Source: Octopus vulgaris | Taxonomy: Eukaryota | Direction of reading: 5' to 3' | Length of the DNA stretch: 64,000 nucleotides | Assembly: GCA_951406725.2 (NCBI GenBank) | Contig: OX597823.1 | Span: forward strand, 24,676,001-24,740,000 | In this document: positions 61,101 through 64,000 of the stretch, in pieces | Layout: each line of letters starts with the position of its first letter | Position numbering within the stretch: position 1 is the stretch's first letter | The notes under the pieces: model-generated | Told to the model about the DNA's origin: nothing | Databases searched by the model: none | The model's input: the letters and a program-made list of their open reading frames with translations, nothing else | Translations under genes and position numbers: made by a program

Positions 61101-63485
61101 GTTTCACCCCTTTGCATACAACAAGTTTGGCCAATGTCATTTCCATGGCTGTAGAATTCATCTGGAAGTGGCAATTCTCTCCTGGAAGCATTGCTTGGGT
61201 AGAGATTTCTGGAAATTATCCATGGAGCACCAGACTAAGAGTCCTCTGGAACAAACCAACCAGTATATTTTCTTTAACACTCAGAGTTTTTTTGACAATG
61301 TAGTCATTCTTGCTCTTCACAAATCACTGAAAGAACATCAATATGGAACTTCCAGTAACCATATTTCCTAACTGGAAGCAGACTGTAAGTGCTAGACAGC
61401 ATTCAGATGCCAAGCACCCTGTCTGTATCTTTCTTTGGTGCAGAAATGCATCTCTGTCAAAGTGATCTGTGAAAACACACATTTGACAAACGATGAAAAG
61501 GAATTGCTGGAAATGTTGCAGCTTTTGTGGGTGTCAAGCGCATCTTCAACCATGGCCTGCTTAGTCCACCTTTCAGTGAGTGTTGATATGAAATGGAGCA
61601 CCTGACTAGTGAAGCACATCACTTCTACAAAAAGTAGATGTTCCACTCCATTCAGAAAATGAGCTGGAGTAGGTGTGAAAGTCATGTGGTAACATATGAT
61701 GGGGTTGATGTAATTGTTTGCCACTTCTGCCCGACCTTTCAGGCTTAGCATTCTCTCATTTCTGGGAGATACTGGTTACCTTGCTCATCACCTCATCCCA
61801 GTTCTTCTCCACCTGGAGCTCTGGTCCAAATCAGACCCCAAGTAATTTAATCTGCCTGACCATCCATACCCACAAGGCTGTTGAACAGTATGGTCCTGCC
61901 TCCCCGGGAACTGAGCTGCACACATTGTGGCATTTTGCCCATCTTGATGTTCTGAGTTCAAATCATGCTGAAGTCAACTTTTCTTTTCATCCTTTAAGGA
62001 GTCAATATAATAAGTACCACCTGAGCACTCAGGTAAATGTAATCAACTAGCCCTCTCCTCACAAAATTTCAAGCTTTGTGCCAACAGTAGAAAGAATCCT
62101 TAAGGCAGCAAGCCAGCAGAATCATTAGCATACCAGACATAAAGCTTACTGGCATTTCATCCATCTTTATGTTTTGAATTTGAATTTCCCACACGGTTGA
62201 CTTTGCCTTTCATCTTTCAGCAGTCACTGAAATGAGTTGCAGTTGAGCACTGGGGTCAAAGAAACTGACTTACATCTCCTCCTCACAAAACTTCACATCT
62301 TGTGCCTATAGGAAAACGAATCATCATCATCATTACAGCATTATTACTCTTTCTAAGACAAAGAGCTGGCAGAATTATTAGCAAACCAAACAAAATGCTT
62401 AGTGCATTTCTTCTGGTTTTACATTCTGGGTTCAAATTCCTTTCAAATTACCTTTGCCTTTCATTATTTTGGATCAATAAAATGGATATCAGTTGATCAT
62501 TGGAGCCAGTGTAATTGACTGAGCCCCTAACTGAAAAGTTCAGTCCTTGTGCCTTTAGTGGAATGAATCTTTATTTTTAACACTAATATTATGTTGTATA
62601 TTTAAAACTTTAGATAATTATGTACGCCTTACAACTAAAATTTTGAAGACAATATTCGAAAGCCATTTGGTTCATTATTTTCTAAACAGACAATTTGATA
62701 TAAAAATACAATACACCCATGAAATTATTTTTCTGCATGAGATACCCTTCTCAGAATTAATGTACAATCTAGTATACCATGAGACACACATGGAACCTTG
62801 CCTCAGTTTTAAGTTGTAGATAATATATTTGTACACCCCTCTTCTGATGGTGTGCTTTTGTTTAAGATTAAATGACCATAAGGATACTTCACATGCTGGT
62901 TGATGATCTTTTGAATTATGTTAAGATTCTACAAAAGCACACTGTTAGATAGGAAGGCACAAATGGATTACATGCAACTTAAATTTTGAAGCAAGGTTTC
63001 AAATGTGTCTGAAGATGGTCTACATTCACATGAACTATGACTAAGTTGTCATTTTGTGGATCAATTATTTGTTTATAATACAGGTATGTCCAACCCATGC
63101 TTGCATGGAAAATGAACATTAAATGATTTCTGTGATGATGATGAGGATCACCATTTAAAACAAATTATGTGACAGATATTATATAGTATCTAATATGTGT
63201 GTGTGAATATAAAATGTCTTTTTTGTTTTCTTTCATTCCTTTTTTATCTAGCCGATGATGATGTTTTTACACTTAAAAGGACTACCATACCACTTCACGA
63301 TACATTTGGTCGGATTAATAGAGTCACTTTAAAGGAGTGTGAACGTGCTTGCCTTCAAATTCCAGGATGTAAATCATATGAGTATCATGAAAATAAAGAA
63401 TTCTGTAATCCATCTAATGAAACTCACCTGACTAATGACCTTAAACCTGACAAAGATGGATGGGATATATATATCATGAACCCAG
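655..63485 (+). CDS. Internal part of a large multi-exon gene encoding a repetitive extracellular-type protein (PAN-PAN-Sushi)n; 15 exons, 1074 codons in window, both ends outside window
   Basis: Three recurring exon classes of fixed length (240/234/171 nt) with polypyrimidine-AG acceptors and GT donors, all phase 1-1, conserved Cys patterns, no stops within exons or at junction codons. Confidence 0.88.
1200..4194 (-). mobile_element. 5'-truncated R4/Dong-like non-LTR retrotransposon (RT + CCHC + restriction-like endonuclease), fairly young but disabled
   Basis: 699-aa ORF 3808-1709 with [40 protein letters not shown]...H...C. In-frame TGA then KPDIVV, and a frameshift before the endonuclease C-terminus (1655-1380). 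A-rich/TAA 3' tail near 1200-1220. Confidence 0.92.
4195..4323. repeat. (ATT)n microsatellite
   Basis: About 43 near-perfect ATT units between two retroelements. Confidence 0.97.
4324..4802 (-). mobile_element. 3' fragment of a second R4/Dong-like family (RLE domain plus 3' UTR)
   Basis: RPDIVV...FLIDVSVP...[31 protein letters not shown]; (ATT)n on both sides; short tandem duplication at its 5' junction (about 4732-4800). Confidence 0.85.
4880..5230 (-). mobile_element. 3' fragment of a third R4/Dong-like family
   Basis: [23 protein letters not shown]...[17 protein letters not shown], following an (ATT)n/(TAA)n tract at about 4803-4875. Confidence 0.8.
5578..5682. repeat. (TA)n/(GATA)n compound microsatellite
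   Basis: Direct reading. Confidence 0.95.
5686..6147 (+). mobile_element. 3'-end copy of the RTE-like LINE (tandem-repeat UTR plus GAT tail)
   Basis: Repeated gtgccagtggcacgtaaaaagcacc units, then ctacactct...gagtggttg...ttaggaaggccatccagc and (GAT)n; homologous to 40950-41483. Confidence 0.8.
6934..7167 (+). CDS. Exon B1, PAN/Apple-like domain type B
   Basis: atctAG|CTGATGAT...AACCCAG|GTcagt; 234 nt; [20 protein letters not shown]...SC...GWDIY. Confidence 0.9.
9144..10127. mobile_element. Degenerate non-autonomous TIR element (MITE-like), about 1 kb
   Basis: 9144-9237 (tggaatttcagaatagattgcttacataagttggattttctc...ttaccatgcgcttcaaatga) is the reverse complement of 10030-10127; no ORF. Confidence 0.7.
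11130..11820 (+). mobile_element. 5'-truncated RTE-like LINE 3' end
   Basis: Starts at the ORF terminus motif (aagacctgggatgaggtggtgaag = KTWDEVVK) and is collinear with 40600-41460. Confidence 0.85.
12167..12337 (+). CDS. Exon C1, Sushi/CCP domain
   Basis: ttccAG|CTAATGAT...TGTAAAG|GTaatg; 171 nt; CGPPRDI...VIYTCPLG...CEKDSKW...TCK. Confidence 0.88.
13200..13530 (-). mobile_element. RTE-like LINE internal fragment
   Basis: [11 protein letters not shown]...[19 protein letters not shown] matches the PHD-like/post-RT part of ORF 39100-40662. Confidence 0.75.
13588..13758 (+). CDS. Exon C2, Sushi/CCP domain (absent from the supplied ORF track)
   Basis: tttcAG|CTTATAAA...TGTAAAG|GTaaca; 171 nt; [56 protein letters not shown]. 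Confidence 0.88.
15530..16130 (-). mobile_element. Ancient Tx1/L1-like LINE C-terminal remnant (homologous copies at about 29440-30050 and 57530-58170)
   Basis: Degenerate zinc-knuckle-like E.ILHAL..C and [12 protein letters not shown]; same collinear block in three C-to-A introns. Confidence 0.5.
17562..17801 (+). CDS. Exon A2, PAN/Apple-like domain type A'
   Basis: ttgtAG|ATGCTCAG...GTAAACT|GTaatt; 240 nt; [13 protein letters not shown]...[16 protein letters not shown]...KCSLS...DYYQRVN. Confidence 0.88.
18380..18930 (+). mobile_element. Degenerate Tx1/L1-like LINE 3' remnant
   Basis: Frames give TLPVQD*L...HRCMQSE / ETVLYALV*C (zinc-knuckle-like) and [10 protein letters not shown]. Confidence 0.45.
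19240..19460 (-). mobile_element. R4/Dong-like RLE fragment
   Basis: Minus frame reads [19 protein letters not shown]...[18 protein letters not shown]. Confidence 0.65.
19560..21150 (-). mobile_element. Degenerate Ty3/Gypsy LTR-retrotransposon pol remnant (RNase H + integrase) and 3' region
   Basis: [10 protein letters not shown]...[20 protein letters not shown] (integrase core), [19 protein letters not shown] (RNase H-like), [10 protein letters not shown]; many stops. Confidence 0.85.
21823..22056 (+). CDS. Exon B2, PAN/Apple-like domain type B'
   Basis: tttcAG|TCAATGAA...AACCCAG|GTcagt; 234 nt; [33 protein letters not shown]...WDIY. Confidence 0.9.
22420..22679 (+). mobile_element. Short RTE-LINE-related 3' element / SINE
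   Basis: gagaggaagatccatcaagccaagt...cactcggtgtggttagtgttaggaagg...(GAT)n, same tail as the LINE at 41300-41483. Confidence 0.75.
22711..23838. repeat. Foldback plus partial tandem repeat (about 490-bp unit), candidate non-autonomous Penelope-like/retrozyme element
   Basis: 22711-23171 is the reverse complement of about 23286-23740; 23172-23350 is directly repeated at 23661-23838; (TA)n on both flanks. Confidence 0.85.
23511..23589 (+). ncRNA. Candidate minimal type I hammerhead ribozyme
   Basis: cctcca-CTGATGA(23519)-extended stem II (ttat/ataa; aatatgtga/ttgcatatt)-GAAA(23571)-C-AATT-GTT-tgggg; stem I ctcca/tgggg; palindromic CAATTG stem III. An inverted copy lies at 22862-22940. Confidence 0.55.
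24030..27130 (+). mobile_element. Old, heavily decayed and rearranged RTE-like LINE (APE endonuclease + RT)
   Basis: [49 protein letters not shown] motifs with many stops; interrupted at about 24840-25265. Confidence 0.85.
27290..27500 (+). mobile_element. RTE (BovB-like) LINE C-terminal fragment, different family
   Basis: [12 protein letters not shown]...[17 protein letters not shown]. Confidence 0.55.
28282..28452 (+). CDS. Exon C3, Sushi/CCP domain (absent from the supplied ORF track)
   Basis: ttccAG|TTATTACA...TGCAAAG|GTaatg; 171 nt; [56 protein letters not shown]. Confidence 0.88.
31460..31699 (+). CDS. Exon A3, PAN/Apple-like domain type A
   Basis: ttccAG|TTTCTAAG...ATAAATC|GTaatt; 240 nt; [16 protein letters not shown]...KCYLS...DYYQRIN. 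Confidence 0.9.
32270..33720 (-). mobile_element. Degenerate R4/Dong-like RT fragment
   Basis: [54 protein letters not shown]; same family as 47850-49370. Confidence 0.85.
34149..34355. mobile_element. Small MITE-like element with about 45-bp terminal inverted repeats
   Basis: tatacagacaatttattatcaaaagcacagtccattcacaaaaatat ... atatttttgtggatggactgtgcctttgataaattgtctgtata. Confidence 0.7.
34706..34939 (+). CDS. Exon B3, PAN/Apple-like domain type B
   Basis: ttccAG|CTGAAGAT...AACCCAG|GTcagt; 234 nt; [20 protein letters not shown]...FCDRSNVT...GWDIY. Confidence 0.9.
35540..37750 (+). mobile_element. RTE-like LINE, APE endonuclease + RT, 3'-truncated, disabled
   Basis: VGTLK...[36 protein letters not shown], then [23 protein letters not shown]; stops and frameshifts. 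Confidence 0.92.
38420..39040 (-). mobile_element. RTE-like LINE 3' fragment in opposite orientation
   Basis: [12 protein letters not shown]...[15 protein letters not shown] followed by the reverse complement of the common 3' tail. Confidence 0.8.
39060..41483 (+). mobile_element. Young 5'-truncated RTE-like LINE: open 520-aa RT ORF, long 3' UTR, (GAT)n tail
   Basis: ORF 39100-40662 with [64 protein letters not shown]; inserted in a TA-rich site. Confidence 0.95.
40958..41302 (+). repeat. About 60-bp GC-rich tandem repeat (about 6 units) in the LINE 3' UTR
   Basis: Unit gtggccgttgccagcctcgcctggcccccgtgccggtggcacgtaaaagcaccatccgttc. Confidence 0.9.
41520..43353 (+). mobile_element. Non-autonomous Helitron-like element, copy 1
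   Basis: 5' TC, 3' CTAG, subterminal hairpin acccg...cgggt, no target-site duplication, internal about 300-bp duplication (42140/42445). Confidence 0.8.
43354..45297 (+). mobile_element. Non-autonomous Helitron-like element, copy 2 (head-to-tail)
   Basis: Junction CTAG|TCAATATCTATAAATC; hairpin acccactc-gta-gagtgggt; ends CTAG|T. Confidence 0.8.
45560..45730 (+). CDS. Exon C4, Sushi/CCP domain
   Basis: ttccAG|CTCACCTC...TGTAAAG|GTaaca; 171 nt; CGPPKDIVG...VSYICP...[15 protein letters not shown]. Confidence 0.88.
46137..46230. repeat. 30-bp tandem repeat x3
   Basis: tgatagtttttctcttaatttgtaa... repeated three times. Confidence 0.8.
47300..47700 (+). mobile_element. R4/Dong-like RLE 3' fragment
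   Basis: [20 protein letters not shown]...[12 protein letters not shown]...LQKSLP, followed by (TAA)n at about 47778-47845. Confidence 0.7.
47850..49370 (+). mobile_element. R4/Dong-like element, 5'/N-terminal part, decayed
   Basis: [65 protein letters not shown]. Confidence 0.85.
50067..50306 (+). CDS. Exon A4, PAN/Apple-like domain type A'
   Basis: ctctAG|ATTCTGAA...ATACAAT|GTaatt; 240 nt; [14 protein letters not shown]...[16 protein letters not shown]...KCYLS...DYYQRIQ. Confidence 0.9.
50417..52843 (+). mobile_element. R4/Dong-like non-LTR element (RT-CCHC-RLE), 5'-truncated, decayed, bracketed by (TAA)n
   Basis: [49 protein letters not shown]...LLIDMTV...KYKDLEIE; TAA tracts at 50364-50416 and 52844-52870. 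Confidence 0.92.
52935..53150 (+). mobile_element. tRNA-head-like SINE
   Basis: tggcagagttgttagca (A-box-like)...gagttcaaattc (B-box-like)...aagtaccagttgagcac; many related copies in the window. Confidence 0.7.
53733..53966 (+). CDS. Exon B4, PAN/Apple-like domain type B'
   Basis: ttctAG|CTGATGAC...AATCCAG|GTcagt; 234 nt; [33 protein letters not shown]...WDVF. Confidence 0.9.
54206..54298 (-). ncRNA. Second candidate (decayed) minimal hammerhead ribozyme
   Basis: Minus strand tgg-CTGATGA-t-tgct..catttta..actgt/acagt..taaaatg..agcg-t-GAAA-tgattg-TA-cca. Confidence 0.45.
55197..55379 (+). mobile_element. tRNA-head-like SINE between perfect 18-bp direct repeats
   Basis: ctttattattttgcactc at 55179-55196 and 55380-55397. 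Confidence 0.85.
56602..56769 (+). CDS. Exon C5, Sushi/CCP domain (168 nt, one codon shorter; absent from ORF track)
   Basis: ttccAG|CTCATGCA...TGTAAAG|GTattg; [55 protein letters not shown]. Confidence 0.88.
59620..59859 (+). CDS. Exon A5, PAN/Apple-like domain type A
   Basis: ttccAG|TTACTCGG...GTAAAAC|GTaatt; 240 nt; [16 protein letters not shown]...KCYLS...DYYQRVK. Confidence 0.9.
60270..61870. mobile_element. Tx1/L1-like LINE remnants in two orientations
   Basis: + strand [20 protein letters not shown]...F..NFASWI.IMY (about 60515-60630); - strand LLGVWFGP...NWDEV and [14 protein letters not shown] (about 61400-61850). Confidence 0.65.
61950..62570 (+). mobile_element. Cluster of three tRNA-head-like SINE copies
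   Basis: Three successive copies of the g(a/g)ttcaaat...actttgcctttcatc...agttgagcactgggg motif set. Confidence 0.7.
63252..63485 (+). CDS. Exon B5, PAN/Apple-like domain type B
   Basis: atctAG|CCGATGAT...AACCCAG|GTcagt; 234 nt; [20 protein letters not shown]...FCNPSNET...GWDIY. Confidence 0.9.
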
Positions 63486-64000
63486 GTCAGTGGAGTGTAT
63501 TCATTTAATTTTATGTGTGTCTGCATGCATGTACATGTCAGGTTGTCTGCATCTACATTTGCACATATGTATTATATGTATGTTTATAATACATACACAC
63601 ACACACACATGTACATCAGTTCAAGGGAATCCTGTAGCTTATGGTCAATAGCTTATTAGTATCTAGCATACATATGGCTTGTATAGAACACTCAATGCAA
63701 AAATAACAGAAGTCTGCATTTTTAAATGAAGTAAATGATGATTGCCTACTTATAGGTAATTCTGAACCCTTTTTTTAATGCTGATTTCAAATATGTTTTT
63801 AGTTTTTTCCTATCACATACATACATTTTACACAAATGGCTGCCAAAGTTATGATTTTTCTTGTCATTCATTCCCAGTTGTGGCAGACTTTTAGATAAAA
63901 GTATGATAAAATTAAGAGCACATCACTAGAACAGTAATAAAAAAGATATGAATTGTGTGTAAGCCTACATATTGACTAAATATATTTTTTTAATGCACTT

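Noticed and set aside
655-63485. Naming the gene as a known protein (plasminogen/HGF, prekallikrein, SE-cephalotoxin, NompA/ZP proteins)
   Set aside because: No kringle, protease, EGF, TSP1, LDLa or ZP exons are seen in the window, so no symbol is assigned.

Overview
AT-rich, repeat-dense animal genomic DNA. The (TG)n/(TA)n/(TAA)n microsatellites and the SINE/RTE-LINE families resemble those of octopus or other coleoid cephalopods (inferred, not verified). The whole window lies inside one large + strand gene. I can place 15 internal coding exons, all AG...GT bounded and symmetric phase 1-1, in the order A-B-C-C-A-B-C-A-B-C-A-B-C-A-B. A (240 nt) and B (234 nt) each encode a 4-Cys PAN/Apple-like domain, and C (171 or 168 nt) encodes a compact Sushi/CCP domain. 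Joined, they give an uninterrupted 3222-nt (1074-codon) frame with no start, signal peptide or stop exon visible. The array shows a higher-order two-module period of about 28-31 kb and patchy amino-acid divergence between copies. Introns contain R4/Dong-like RLE retrotransposons clustered at (TAA)n tracts, RTE-like LINEs with a PHD-like finger, Tx1/L1-like and Gypsy remnants, a head-to-tail Helitron-like dimer, MITEs and SINEs. They also contain a foldback/tandem repeat carrying candidate minimal hammerhead ribozymes. All coordinates and counts were made by eye; transposon boundaries are approximate.
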